From Chloroflexota bacterium (GTDB lineage: Bacteria > Chloroflexota > Dehalococcoidia > Dehalococcoidales > SURF-40), in assembly GCA_043803245.1 (NCBI GenBank), contig JAZDKE010000013.1, forward strand, positions 4,142 through 68,141: a stretch of 64,000 nucleotides of DNA, read 5' to 3'. A program made the position numbers and the translations under genes. This document shows positions 52,707 through 63,691 of the stretch, one piece after another (position 1 is the first letter of the stretch; every line of letters begins with the position of its first letter). Below the pieces are notes generated by a model, which made no database searches, had not been told where the DNA came from, and was given only the letters and a program-made list of their open reading frames with translations.

Positions 52707-54270
52707 ACTTATCGCTCTCACCTTAATAATTATCATCTTTGGCCTGGCCCTCTGGGTACTCCTGCCCCTCGAAGGCAAAAGGCTCGGGCGCCAGGGAATG
52801 CGTCTGGGCCTCGACCTGGTGGGCGGCGTGCACCTGGTCTACCAGGCCGATTTCCCGGAAGGCACCGCCGAAAGCGAACAGAAAAGCGACACCGCACGCG
52901 CGGTGGATATCATTTCGAGGCGGATTAACGAGCTGGGTGTCACCGGACCCATCATCCAGCAGCAGGGGAACGACCGCATCGTGGTGCGGCTGCCCGGTTA
53001 CACCGATATCGAAGCCGCCAAAGCAGAAGTCGAGAAAACCGCCTTCCTGGAATTCCGGCAGGCGGAACTTAATGAGAGCGGCCTGCCCGTTTACCTGAAG
53101 GACTACCTTGAGGACGGGCGGACCGGTTTTTTTAATACCAAAGAGACGGGGACCCGCTTCTTTATGTCCGGGCCCGGCCAGCCGCTCGTGGCCATCCTCA
53201 CGAAGGCTGCTGCCGGTAATCTGGCCTTTACCGACCGCAACGGGGCAACCCTGGATACCGGGAAACTGAAGGCCCGGATGGACCAGTTGATGCTCGATTT
53301 TCCGGGAGATTACCCGCTGCTTTCCTGGATACCCGCCCGGGGAAATAACGGCGTCCAGCTCACCGGCGACTTTCTTTCAGACGCCCAGCCAAACATCCTC
53401 ACCCAGACGAGCGGGGCGGCCCAGGCCGTGGTGGCTATCTGGTGGAATAAGCAAGGCACCACTATCTTCGACGATATCGCCGGACGCCTGTACTTCGCCG
53501 GGCCTGACAACTCGCCCCAGCGGGCGCTTGGTATTTTCCTGGACCGGTCGCTGATATCCTACCCCCAGATACGGCAGGCCAAGTACGAGGGCAAAGCCCA
53601 AATCGAAGGTAATTTCACATCGGACGAAGCTACCCAACTGGCCCGCCTCCTCAGGTCCGGTTCTCTGCCTCTGCCGCTTGAAAAACCGCCGCTCTACGAA
53701 GAAACGATATCGGCCACGCTGGGCAGCGAGTTCATCGGCACCAGCATCAAAGCCGGTCTCATCGGGATGCTGATGGTCATGCTTTTCATGATTATCTATT
53801 ACCGGTTACCGGGGTTTGTGGCCAGCCTGGCACTGGTATTTTACGGTGCCCTGGTGCTGGCGCTTTTCAAGCTGATACCGGTGACGCTGACCCTGGCCGG
53901 CATCGGCGGTTTCGTGCTGTCCATTGGCCTGGCGGTCGACGCTAACGTGCTCATATTCGAACGCATGCGAGAAGAACTGCGCGCCGGACGCAGCCTCGGG
54001 GCGGCCATCGAAGCCGGCTTCAACCGGGCCTGGACGGCCATCCGGGACTCCAACATCACCACTTTCATCGTCTGCATTATCCTCTACTGGCTGGGGTCGA
54101 GCATCGTGGCCAGCGCCCCGGTGATGGGCTTCGCCCTCACCCTGGCAATCGGCGTGGCGGTGAGCATGTTCACCGCCATTACCGTAACCCGCTCACTGCT
54201 CCGGGTCTTCACCGCCACCGGCCTGGTGCGGCACCACTCACTTTACATTACCGATACGGGGAAGAAATAA
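52693..54270 (+). CDS. secD: Protein translocase subunit SecD
   Basis: An AGAGGAG RBS precedes ATG 52693. The product has an N-terminal TM, a large periplasmic domain and six C-terminal TM segments (..GLAVDANVLIFERMREE..). Confidence 0.9.
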   Translation: MTKNKLIALTLIIIIFGLALWVLLPLEGKRLGRQGMRLGLDLVGGVHLVYQADFPEGTAESEQKSDTARAVDIISRRINELGVTGPIIQQQGNDRIVVRLPGYTDIEAAKAEVEKTAFLEFRQAELNESGLPVYLKDYLEDGRTGFFNTKETGTRFFMSGPGQPLVAILTKAAAGNLAFTDRNGATLDTGKLKARMDQLMLDFPGDYPLLSWIPARGNNGVQLTGDFLSDAQPNILTQTSGAAQAVVAIWWNKQGTTIFDDIAGRLYFAGPDNSPQRALGIFLDRSLISYPQIRQAKYEGKAQIEGNFTSDEATQLARLLRSGSLPLPLEKPPLYEETISATLGSEFIGTSIKAGLIGMLMVMLFMIIYYRLPGFVASLALVFYGALVLALFKLIPVTLTLAGIGGFVLSIGLAVDANVLIFERMREELRAGRSLGAAIEAGFNRAWTAIRDSNITTFIVCIILYWLGSSIVASAPVMGFALTLAIGVAVSMFTAITVTRSLLRVFTATGLVRHHSLYITDTGKK

Positions 54271-55193
54271 TGTTCAATATTACCGGCCACCGATTTAAGT
54301 TCTTTCTGATTTCCGGCATCGTAATCCTGGCGGGCATCATTTCCCTGGCCACCATCGGGCTGCAACTGGGCATCGAGTTCAAGCCCGGCTCGGAGCTCCG
54401 GCTCAGATTCGATGACCCGGCGGTAACCCAGAGCCTGCTAAAGGCGAAACTGGGCAGCCTGGGCCATTCCAACGCCATCATCCAGAGCCAGATTAAACCC
54501 ACGGGAACGGGTGATTTTCTTATCCGCACCCGTGAGATAACCACGGAGGAAAAGGCGGCGCTGGTAGCCGCTTTAGAAGCACGTTTCGGCGCGAGCACGG
54601 AAGAGGGGTTCAGCAATGTCTCACCCGAGGTTGCCACCGAGACGGGGCGCAACGCCATCTACGCCGTACTCGCCGCGGCGGTGGGCATCCTGCTCTACGT
54701 CACCTGGGCTTTCCGCCGCATGCCCAGGCCTTTCCACTACGGCACCTGCGGTCTGCTGGCCCTGGCCCACGATGTGCTGGTGGTGGTGGGCGTCTTTTCC
54801 CTGTTGGGCCCGGTGCTGCACTGGCAGATAAACCTGATGTTTATCACCGGAGTTCTCGCGGTCATCGGTTACAGCATAAACAACACCGTGATCACCTTCG
54901 ACCGGATTCGCGAAAATCTGCTCCGGGGAAACAAACAGGACTTCGAGACGGTAGTCAACAACAGCCTGGTAGAAACGACGGGCCGCTCCTTGAACACCAG
55001 CCTGACCACGCTATTTGCGGTTGTTGCCCTGCTGCTCTTCGTAGGTACCCCCATCCTGAACTTCGCCGCCGTGCTGCTCATCGGTATCATCGCCGGCACC
55101 TACAGCTCGATATTCATCGCGCCGCTGTTTCTGCTGGTCTGGGAGAAAAAGGAATGGCGGCGCTTTATCGTCTGGCGGGCGCAGAAGGGCTAG
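54270..55193 (+). CDS. secF: Protein translocase subunit SecF
   Basis: 307-aa ORF with a TAATG overlap with secD. It has the ..YSINNTVITFDRIREN.. motif. Confidence 0.9.
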   Translation: MFNITGHRFKFFLISGIVILAGIISLATIGLQLGIEFKPGSELRLRFDDPAVTQSLLKAKLGSLGHSNAIIQSQIKPTGTGDFLIRTREITTEEKAALVAALEARFGASTEEGFSNVSPEVATETGRNAIYAVLAAAVGILLYVTWAFRRMPRPFHYGTCGLLALAHDVLVVVGVFSLLGPVLHWQINLMFITGVLAVIGYSINNTVITFDRIRENLLRGNKQDFETVVNNSLVETTGRSLNTSLTTLFAVVALLLFVGTPILNFAAVLLIGIIAGTYSSIFIAPLFLLVWEKKEWRRFIVWRAQKG

Positions 55194-55247
55194 CGCACGG
55201 TACAAGGAACCCCCCTCTACCGGCAGCTTGTAGCGCAATGTTATGTA

Positions 55248-55276
55248 TTGACAACCGTTTTCACGTGGTGTAGAAT
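55248..55276 (+). promoter_or_regulatory. Sigma70-like promoter ahead of the collagen-like genes
   Basis: TTGACA (55248-55253), a 17-nt spacer, then TAGAAT (55271-55276). The leader to ATG 55465 is about 180 nt. Confidence 0.5.
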
Positions 55277-55464
55277 GCCCACACGAGGGCAGTATTCAGG
55301 CTACCATATCATAAATCTACCGAACCCTACCACTCACCAGTCCGGAGTCTGACAGTTATGAGAACTGGCGCGACAACGGCAAAAACGGTGCCGTCTCCCC
55401 CGTTCTCCTTCTTAGCCTGCCAGGTTATGATTGCTTGGTATTCAAAAAAAGGAGGCTCGCAAGT

Positions 55465-56055
55465 ATGAAAACCTGGGGTAAAGCACTGGTCATCATCAGC
55501 GTCATCCTGGCCACCCTGCTCTCATCTGCCTGTGCCGGCCCGCCGGGAGCGCCAGGGCCAGCCGGACCAGCCGGAGCAAAAGGGGAAAGGGGCCCGCAAG
55601 GAACACCCGGGCCGGAAGGACTCCAGGGGACGGTGGGACCTCAAGGGCTGCCGGGACCGGTTAGCAGCGCAACTCCTGGCACGGCGGACAATGCCACCAC
55701 CACGCCACCACCCACGACTCCCGCCGCGGGAGACCCCTACGACAAGCCTGATATTCCAATACTGTGGGTCTCGATAACTCCTCAACCAGCCGTTTTCGGG
55801 CAGGAAGTAACCGTGGTGCTCAAGGTTCCTCCGGGGGCACTGTGCGATATCACTATGATCTACTTCGACGGCTTTCGCAGTGGATACAAGCCTACTCCGG
55901 TAACCTCCGACGCCAACGGCAATGCGACTCTCAAGTGGACCCCGGCGGCAGCTACCAACAAGCCTGGCGAGGGGAATATTGAGCTAACCGTTACCCTCGC
56001 CGGTGCCACGGCTCAATACAAACTAAAGCATCCGCTTACTATTAAAAACCCGTGA
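55465..56055 (+). CDS. Collagen-triple-helix-repeat lipoprotein with a beta-rich C-terminal domain
   Basis: An AAAGGAGG RBS precedes the start. The signal peptide ends in a lipobox-like ..LSSAC, followed by 14 uninterrupted G-X-Y triplets, a Thr/Pro linker and a ~110-aa domain. Confidence 0.75.
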   Translation: MKTWGKALVIISVILATLLSSACAGPPGAPGPAGPAGAKGERGPQGTPGPEGLQGTVGPQGLPGPVSSATPGTADNATTTPPPTTPAAGDPYDKPDIPILWVSITPQPAVFGQEVTVVLKVPPGALCDITMIYFDGFRSGYKPTPVTSDANGNATLKWTPAAATNKPGEGNIELTVTLAGATAQYKLKHPLTIKNP

Positions 56056-56084
56056 TTTGGGTTGATTAAAGGAGGCATGCCGAG

Positions 56085-56318
56085 ATGAAGACCTGGAGTA
56101 AAGCACTGGTCGGCATCAGCGTCATCCTGGCCATCCTGCTCTTATTTGCCTGCGGACCGGCCGGGCCCGCCGGACTGCCGGGGACTGCCGGACCACAGGG
56201 GCCACAGGGAGATAAAGGCCCTGATGGCCCGCAAGGACTGCAAGGGCCTCAAGGCCCGCCAGGGCTAACCGGTCCGCCCGGCGGCAGCACTGCGGGAAAC
56301 AGCACCGGCGGTAGCTAG
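56085..56318 (+). CDS. Short collagen-triple-helix-repeat lipoprotein (paralog)
   Basis: An AAAGGAGG RBS precedes the start. The signal peptide is near-identical to its neighbour ([20 protein letters not shown]). It has 14 G-X-Y triplets and a short Gly/Ser tail. Confidence 0.7.
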   Translation: MKTWSKALVGISVILAILLLFACGPAGPAGLPGTAGPQGPQGDKGPDGPQGLQGPQGPPGLTGPPGGSTAGNSTGGS

Positions 56319-56641
56319 CAGATAACACCACTGCCGCCACCCCAGACCCATTAGACGACCCTGCTGAACGGTCTGCTGGGGCCAGAATTGACCCCACAGG
56401 AGGGTAGCGGTGACGGCACGGTTGTAACCCTCACGCTCGCTGAGAAATTCCGGGGCTGGTTCCTTTTCGAGATGAGCAATTAGCACATCAAAGATGCGGC
56501 GCCAGCCCCGGCTGAGAAAGCAGACTGATGCGGGCCGGAGCGACCGGGCCAGCCGCCAGAGATACCAGACAGGATGTTCGCGATAGACTTGTCCCCGAGA
56601 ATAATTATTATTGTCCCCGCTAAGGAACCGGTTCGTCGGCA

Positions 56642-57550
56642 ATGCCGGTGAACTGGTTCACCACGGCCCTTCTCAGCGCCGCCCTCCTGGGGGCAGTCAA
56701 TATTTTTGATAGCCACCTCATCACCCGCCGGATGCCCAGCCTGAGGGCATACATGCTGCCAATCAGCCTGCTCGCCCTGTGCCTGGGTGTAATATTTTTA
56801 TTCCTCTTTCCTATGCCCGCCGGACTCGGTGCCGGGACGCTTGCCCTGGCCATTACCTCCGCGATTATCCGCAGCGCAAGCGCCTATCTCCTCCTGGTGG
56901 CACTCAAGCGTGAGGAGGTCTCCCGCGTGATTCCGGTCGCCAGCACCTTCCCCATCTTCGTCGCCCTCGCGGCGGTGCCCCTGCTCGGCGAGACCATCAC
57001 CGGACTCAAGTGGTTCGCCATCACCATCGTCGTTGCCGGCGCGGTGATGGTTTCCCTGCGGGAGCGCCCCGGCCGGAACCTGGCAAGGCTCAGCCCGGCT
57101 TTCTTCCAGCTCATCGGTTCGAGCCTGCTTATGGCCGCAGCCAATGTGACCAGCAAAGACGTGCTCGACCGGCTTTCCTTCTGGAACCTCTACGCCATCA
57201 CCGTCCTATGTATGGGGGCGATGTTTCTCATCATCTCAGCCCGTCCCGCAGTGCTGCGGGAACTGGCCGCCATGCCCCGAAAGGCTAGCTCGCTGGCGCT
57301 GGTTATGGCCAACAACCTGATGGTGGTGGCCGCCATGGTAGCCTTCTTCTGGTCTTTGGAGCACGGGCCGGCTTCTCTGGTCTCAACCATCACCAGCAGC
57401 CGCCCGGTCTTCGTCTTCGTTTACGCCTTCCTGATAAGCCGCTTCTCCCCCTCTTTCCTGGAATGGCAGTACGGCCGGAGAATGCTGGCACTAAGACTTC
57501 TGGCCATCACCATGATTTGCGGTGGCATCATCATCATCTACCTCCCCTAG
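56642..57550 (+). CDS. EamA/DMT-family transporter
   Basis: 302-aa ORF with about 10 hydrophobic segments arranged as two EamA-like halves. Confidence 0.75.
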   Translation: MPVNWFTTALLSAALLGAVNIFDSHLITRRMPSLRAYMLPISLLALCLGVIFLFLFPMPAGLGAGTLALAITSAIIRSASAYLLLVALKREEVSRVIPVASTFPIFVALAAVPLLGETITGLKWFAITIVVAGAVMVSLRERPGRNLARLSPAFFQLIGSSLLMAAANVTSKDVLDRLSFWNLYAITVLCMGAMFLIISARPAVLRELAAMPRKASSLALVMANNLMVVAAMVAFFWSLEHGPASLVSTITSSRPVFVFVYAFLISRFSPSFLEWQYGRRMLALRLLAITMICGGIIIIYLP

Positions 57551-57556
57551 CGCAAC

Positions 57557-57586
57557 TTGACAATCTGTGGCCATTACCGTTAGACT
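57557..57586 (+). promoter_or_regulatory. Sigma70-like promoter of the trp leader
   Basis: TTGACA (57557-57562), an 18-nt spacer, then TAGACT (57581-57586). Confidence 0.5.
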
Positions 57587-57589
57587 TGG

Positions 57590-57883
57590 GACTAGGCTAA
57601 AGGCCAGGAACGAGACTAGTAAGCCCCGGGCGAGGCTATCAGAGAGCCGGGTAAGGTGCGAGCCGGTGCTGGCGCGGGGGACTGAATGGACTCGGGAGCC
57701 GCCGACCGAAAGGTAACTGCCGAGTAGGCTCTGCCGGAGAGGGTACCGTTATCAGAACCCGGGGGTATCGCCCGAAGTAACCGGGGCCGTACCTCACTAA
57801 AGATGATTGCCGGGCGCAATCAACCGGGGTGGCACCGCGGAGGATTTTTCCCCTCGCCCCTGTGGGTGAGGGGATTTTTGTTT
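57590..57883 (+). promoter_or_regulatory. T-box riboswitch leader, Trp (UGG) specifier
   Basis: The elements occur in canonical order: AGAGAG (57641-57646), GGTGCGA distal-loop-like motif, GAA-UGG-A specifier (UGG at 57687-57689), F-box CCGTTA (57746-57751), T-box GGTGGCACCGCG (57828-57839), then a terminator. Confidence 0.85.
57850..57883 (+). terminator. Intrinsic terminator of the T-box leader
   Basis: CCCCTCGCCC-CTGT-GGGTGAGGGG forms a 10-bp stem with one G.T pair, followed by ATTTTTGTTT. Confidence 0.8.
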
Positions 57884-57902
57884 GGTAAAGGTATAGGGGA
57901 AA

Positions 57903-59360
57903 ATGTACTACCCGACACTGGAAGAAGTTAAAAAGCACGCCAGCGAGGGCAACCTGATACCGGTCTACCGGGAAATCGTGGCCGACCTGGAAACGCCGGT
58001 CTCCGCTTTCCTGAAAATCAGCCGGGATGGGCCTTCCTTCCTGCTGGAAAGCGTCGAGGGCGGCCAGCACCTCGCCCGCTACAGCTTCATCGGCACCGAG
58101 CCTTACCGGGTGCTCAAGCTCGGGAAAGACGGCGCTGACCCCCTGCCCCTCATCGCCGAGGAGCTGGGGCAATACCGCCTGGTCAAGCTGGGCGACCTGC
58201 CCCGTTTCTGCGGCGGGGCGGTGGGCTACCTCGGCTACGAGGTGGCCACCCGCTTTGAAGAACTGCCCTCACCTGTCCGCGACCCGCTGGGGCTGCCCGA
58301 ATCGGTATTTATGTTCACCGATACCCTGCTCATCTTCGACCACGTCAGCCACCGCATCAAGGTCTTGAGCCACGTCCGCACCGAAGGCGACATCGAGGCA
58401 GCTTACCGGAAGGCGACCGCTAAAATTGACGATTTGGTCGAACGCCTGCGCCAGCCTCTGAAACCGGGCCAGTTGACCCGGGAGGCGACGCCGGCGGGCA
58501 ACGGCGGCCAGCTCACCTCCAACTTTTCCCGGGTACAGTTCGAGGCCGCGGTCAACCGGGTAAAAAAGTATGTCACCGCCGGCGAGGCCATCCAGGTAGT
58601 GCTTTCACAGCGACTCGCGCAGGCCACCGAGGTCGCCCCCTTCGAAATCTACCGGGCGCTGCGCACCATCAACCCCTCGCCCTACATGTTCTTCCTCGAC
58701 TTTAAGGACTTCCAGATTATCGGGGCCTCGCCCGAAGTCCTGGTGAGAGTCGAAGGCGACACCGTCATGACCCGCCCCCTGGCGGGCACCAGGCCGCGGG
58801 GCAAAGACCCTGCCGAAGACGAGCGCCTCGAACGCGAGCTTAAGAGCGATGAGAAGGAGCGCGCCGAGCACATCATGCTGGTTGACCTGGGGCGCAACGA
58901 CATCGGGCGGGTGAGCCTGCCGGGCACGGTCGAGGTGAGCGAGTTGATGGACGTCGAGCGCTACTCCCACGTGATGCACCTGGTCACCTGTGTCCAGGGG
59001 AAACTAATGCCCGATAAGACCGCCTTCGACGCCCTGCGGGCCTGTTTTCCGGCGGGCACCGTCTCCGGCGCTCCTAAAATCCGGGCCATGCAAATCATTG
59101 CTGAGCTTGAGCCGGAAAAAAGAGGCCCCTACGCCGGGGCCGCCGGCTACTTCTCTTTCTCGCACAACATGGACATGGCCATCGCCATCAGGACGATGGT
59201 GGTGAGTAATGGGACAGCCTACGTCCAGGCGGGCTGCGGCATCGTCTACGACAGCGTACCCTCGCGGGAATATGATGAGTCAATGAACAAAGCCCGGGCG
59301 CTGCTCAAGGCCATCAGCCAGGCCGAGAGCCCGGACTGGACTAACGGGAGAACCCGGTGA
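57903..59360 (+). CDS. trpE: Anthranilate synthase component I
   Basis: 485-aa chorismate-binding enzyme pattern (..FLLESVEGG.., ..GAAGYFSF.., ..QAGCGIV.DS.P..E..E..NKA). Confidence 0.92.
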   Translation: MYYPTLEEVKKHASEGNLIPVYREIVADLETPVSAFLKISRDGPSFLLESVEGGQHLARYSFIGTEPYRVLKLGKDGADPLPLIAEELGQYRLVKLGDLPRFCGGAVGYLGYEVATRFEELPSPVRDPLGLPESVFMFTDTLLIFDHVSHRIKVLSHVRTEGDIEAAYRKATAKIDDLVERLRQPLKPGQLTREATPAGNGGQLTSNFSRVQFEAAVNRVKKYVTAGEAIQVVLSQRLAQATEVAPFEIYRALRTINPSPYMFFLDFKDFQIIGASPEVLVRVEGDTVMTRPLAGTRPRGKDPAEDERLERELKSDEKERAEHIMLVDLGRNDIGRVSLPGTVEVSELMDVERYSHVMHLVTCVQGKLMPDKTAFDALRACFPAGTVSGAPKIRAMQIIAELEPEKRGPYAGAAGYFSFSHNMDMAIAIRTMVVSNGTAYVQAGCGIVYDSVPSREYDESMNKARALLKAISQAESPDWTNGRTR

Positions 59361-59932
59361 TTTTGCTGGTTGATAACTACGACAGCTTCACCTACAACCT
59401 CTTCCAGTACCTTAGCGAGCTGGGAGAAGAGGTGGTGGTGGTGCGCAACGACCGGACGACCCTCGAAGAAATCGAGAAAATGAAGCCGGAGCGCATCGTC
59501 ATCTCGCCCGGCCCGTCGGTGCCGGAGCGGGCGGGCATCTCCAACGATGTCATCCGCCATTTTGGAGCCAGACTACCCATCCTCGGCGTCTGCCTGGGAC
59601 ACCAGTGCCTCGGTTACAGCTACGGCGGCAAGGTGGCGCAGGCCAGGCAAATCATGCACGGCAAGTCATCGCTGATTTACCACCGGGGACAGGGAGTTTT
59701 TGAGGGGCTTAAAAATCCCTTCGCCGCCATCCGCTACCACTCGCTGGTGGTGCTGCGCCGGGGTCTGCCCGACTGTCTTGAGATAACCGCCTGGACCGAG
59801 GACGGCGAGATTATGGGGCTAAAGCACCGCGAGCACCCCGCCCAGGGCATCCAGTTCCACCCCGAGTCTTTCATGACGGAACTGGGCAAAGATTTACTAA
59901 TGAATTTTTTAAAAATAGCCAAACAGAGGTAG
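59357..59932 (+). CDS. trpG: Anthranilate synthase component II (glutamine amidotransferase)
   Basis: 191-aa class I GATase with the GVCLGHQ nucleophile elbow and an FHPES motif. It overlaps trpE by 4 nt. Confidence 0.9.
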   Translation: MILLVDNYDSFTYNLFQYLSELGEEVVVVRNDRTTLEEIEKMKPERIVISPGPSVPERAGISNDVIRHFGARLPILGVCLGHQCLGYSYGGKVAQARQIMHGKSSLIYHRGQGVFEGLKNPFAAIRYHSLVVLRRGLPDCLEITAWTEDGEIMGLKHREHPAQGIQFHPESFMTELGKDLLMNFLKIAKQR

Positions 59933-59938
59933 AGGTAT

Positions 59939-60443
59939 ATGAAGATGACACCAACTGATTGGATTCAAGCAATCTCAATGGTTGTGCTCGTCATAGTAAC
60001 CAGCATTTATGCTTGGCGAACTTTCTCTATAAGCAAAGCTACTCAGAAACAGGCAGACGCCAGCGTTAAAATGGCTGAGGACATGAGGAATGCCAGGTCT
60101 CCATCTCTCACAATACAATGGATAGGTGCTGACCCAAACCAGAAAAGAATCTCGGCTGTTATTAAGAATGAAGGAATTGGGACAGCCCTAAATCTGAAAT
60201 GTTACCTTACACACAATAAATTTACCTTTACCCACACATTTGATGGGTACACCACTTTTGAAGCGGGACAAAAATATCCGTTTTCGCCTCCCTCCGAGAA
60301 TTTTGACTTTGAAACATATGACGGGCTCGCTATCAATTGTGATTATGAAAGTGACCTTGGAGATAAATTTCGTTCAGCTCTAAAGTTCACATCAAAGGAA
60401 AACAGAGTGTTTGAAAAAATCAAACTAACTGGTGGTGATAAGA

Positions 60444-60451
<8 letters not shown>
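59939..60451 (+). CDS. Hypothetical single-pass membrane protein (AT-rich gene inserted in the trp operon)
   Basis: 170-aa ORF, 6 nt after trpG and overlapping the trpD start. It has an N-terminal TM helix and a beta-rich remainder. The DNA is clearly AT-rich. Confidence 0.6.
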
Positions 60452-61451
<1,000 letters not shown>

Positions 61452-61518
61452 AACGTGGTTCAAAAAGAGATTTTGCCAGCGGGGTCAGGCAAAAAGCTGC
61501 CGGCGTAATCGCTGCCGG

Positions 61519-62310
61519 ATGGTGTTATTGATGCTTCTGGACGAAATTTTAACCAGCAGCTCGCGGGAACTGGCGCTCAAGAAAAAGCAGCGGCCGCTGA
61601 AAGAGTTGCAACGCCTGGCAGCCGGTCAGCCGCCGCCGCTCGATTTCGCCGCGGCATTGCGCGGCGAGCGCCTGCGCCTTATCGCTGAATTCAAAAGGGC
61701 ATCACCGTCAAAGGGCGCCATCCGCGCCGGGGCCAGCCCAGAGGAGGTTATCCCTATTTACGCCTCAAGCGGCGCTGCGGCCATCTCGGTACTCACCGAA
61801 ACCGGCTATTTTCGGGGCAGCCCGGGCGACCTGCTGGCCGCAAGGCAGGCGCTGAGAGGAAAGCGGCTGCCCCTGCTCCGAAAAGACTTCATCTTCGACC
61901 CCTACCAGGTATATGAGTCGCGGGCCTACGGCGCCGACGCCCTGCTGCTCATCGTGGCGGTACTCGACGGGGAAAAGCTCGAGGCTCTGCTAAAACTCGC
62001 CCACCAGCTCGGTATGGCCTGCCTGGTGGAAACGCACCACCAGTCCGAAGTAGCCACCGCTCTGGCGAATGGGGCAAAGATTATCGGCATCAATAACCGT
62101 GACCTGGGCACCTTCAAAGTGAACCTGGCCACCACCGCGCGCCTTAAGCCCCTCATCCCCCCTGACCGCATCACCGTCGCCGAAAGCGGCTTAAAAGAGC
62201 GCCGCGACATCGAAAAAATGAGAGAGCTTGGCGTCGATGCCGTGCTCATCGGGGAAGCCCTGATGACCGCACCCGACATCGCCGCCAGGATAAGAGAGCT
62301 GGGCTTTTGA
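61519..62310 (+). CDS. trpC: Indole-3-glycerol phosphate synthase
   Basis: IAEFKRASPSKG motif plus the ..LRKDFI.D.YQ..E.. pattern. Confidence 0.92.
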   Translation: MVLLMLLDEILTSSSRELALKKKQRPLKELQRLAAGQPPPLDFAAALRGERLRLIAEFKRASPSKGAIRAGASPEEVIPIYASSGAAAISVLTETGYFRGSPGDLLAARQALRGKRLPLLRKDFIFDPYQVYESRAYGADALLLIVAVLDGEKLEALLKLAHQLGMACLVETHHQSEVATALANGAKIIGINNRDLGTFKVNLATTARLKPLIPPDRITVAESGLKERRDIEKMRELGVDAVLIGEALMTAPDIAARIRELGF

Positions 62311-62963
62311 CAAGGGTTAAGGTCTGCGGACTATCTCAGACAGAAGACGCCGTGGTGGCCGCCGGGGCGGGCGCTGACTTCCTGGGTCTCGTCTTCGCCC
62401 CGAGCCGCCGCCAGGTGACGCCCGAGCAGGCCAAACCCCTGGTCGAAGCGGTGCGCCGCCTGCAACCCCGGCCTCTTATCGTCGGCGTGTTCGTTAACGA
62501 AAAGGCGAGCAAAGTAAACCGCCTCGCCGAACAGCTCGGGCTGGACTGGGTGCAGCTTAGCGGCGATGAGACCCTGAGCTACTGCCGGGAGATTTCGCGG
62601 CCGGTCATCAAGGTATGCCACATATCCGGGGGAGAGACGGCTGCGCGAGTCCTCGGGGAAATCGCCGCCGGACTTGAGCTTGAGCCGTCCGGCAGGCTGG
62701 CCTACCTGCTAGACACCCGCCTGGGCGAAACCTACGGCGGCACCGGCCAGCCTTTCGACTGGTCTATCGCCAGGGAGGTGGCCGCCCGCTTTCCGGTAAT
62801 CGTCGCCGGCGGCCTTGCCCCGGACAACGTCGCCCGGCTGGTGAAAGAGGCCCGGCCCTGGGGAGTGGACGTATCCTCCGGCGTCGAAAGCGGGGGCCGA
62901 AAAGACCCCGATAAAATCAGGGCTTTCATCAAGGCAGTGAGGGAAGCCGAGGCAACTTCTTAA
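62307..62963 (+). CDS. trpF: Phosphoribosylanthranilate isomerase
   Basis: 218-aa ORF with a TTG start overlapping the trpC stop. Patterns VKVCG.., ..DF.G.VF...S.R.V and ..GGL...NV.. match TrpF. Confidence 0.88.
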   Translation: MTRVKVCGLSQTEDAVVAAGAGADFLGLVFAPSRRQVTPEQAKPLVEAVRRLQPRPLIVGVFVNEKASKVNRLAEQLGLDWVQLSGDETLSYCREISRPVIKVCHISGGETAARVLGEIAAGLELEPSGRLAYLLDTRLGETYGGTGQPFDWSIAREVAARFPVIVAGGLAPDNVARLVKEARPWGVDVSSGVESGGRKDPDKIRAFIKAVREAEATS

Positions 62964-63028
62964 GCGCCCGGACACACAACTTATGAGAAAGGCAACTGCC
63001 TTAAATCACCGGCCTGGGGGACAATGAC

Positions 63029-63658
63029 GTGAAATTGATTTTAGCCCGGCACGGGGAGACCGACGGGAACGTTGCCGAAGTGTTTCGGGGACGGCTCGAT
63101 ATCGAGCTTAACGAGACGGGGCGTAAGCAGGCCCGGCTGATGGCGGATTCCCTTGCCGAATCGAAGATTAGCGCCGTTTTCTCAAGTCCCTTAAAGCGCG
63201 CCCTTGAAACCGCGCAAATTGTGGCCGCCCGCCTTGGCCTGAAAGTGTCACCCGCCCCGGAGCTGGTTGACATGGACTTCGGCGACTGGCAGGGTCTTTC
63301 GATAAAGACGGTGCGGGACGAATACCCGGAGCTTTTTGCCCGATGGCTTGAGAACCCGCACCACGTTAAAGCACCGGGTGGGGAAAGCCTGCTCGATGTC
63401 AGGGAAAGAACGCTCAGCCTGGTAAGCCGGGTTACCGCCCGGGGCGAAGGCGACACCCTGATGGTCTCTCACCGGGTGGTCAACAAGGTCTTAATCTGCG
63501 CCCTGCTTGGCCTGGACGATAGCCACTTCTGGAATATCAAGCTTGACACTTGCGGCCTCTCCGTCTTTGAAATTGAAAACGGGCGGTTTGTCCTCACCGG
63601 GCACAACGACACCTCTTTTCTGAAATCGCTCCGGAAAGCTCCCCTGGCCGACTTTTAA
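63029..63658 (+). CDS. Histidine phosphatase family protein (phosphoglycerate mutase-like)
   Basis: 209-aa ORF with the RHG motif LARHGETDGN and a second catalytic His in ..LMVSHRVV... Confidence 0.82.
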   Translation: MKLILARHGETDGNVAEVFRGRLDIELNETGRKQARLMADSLAESKISAVFSSPLKRALETAQIVAARLGLKVSPAPELVDMDFGDWQGLSIKTVRDEYPELFARWLENPHHVKAPGGESLLDVRERTLSLVSRVTARGEGDTLMVSHRVVNKVLICALLGLDDSHFWNIKLDTCGLSVFEIENGRFVLTGHNDTSFLKSLRKAPLADF

Positions 63659-63691
63659 GACGGCGCTGGCATTTCGCCAAATAGTGCATTC

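Noticed and set aside
56265-56642. 125-aa minus-strand ORF between the collagen-like genes and the EamA transporter, considered as a transposase fragment or small gene.
   Set aside because: It shows no recognisable motif and no RBS. It overlaps the 3' end of the second collagen-like gene, and its translation is Trp/Arg-rich. It might be a gene remnant, but I cannot support a call.
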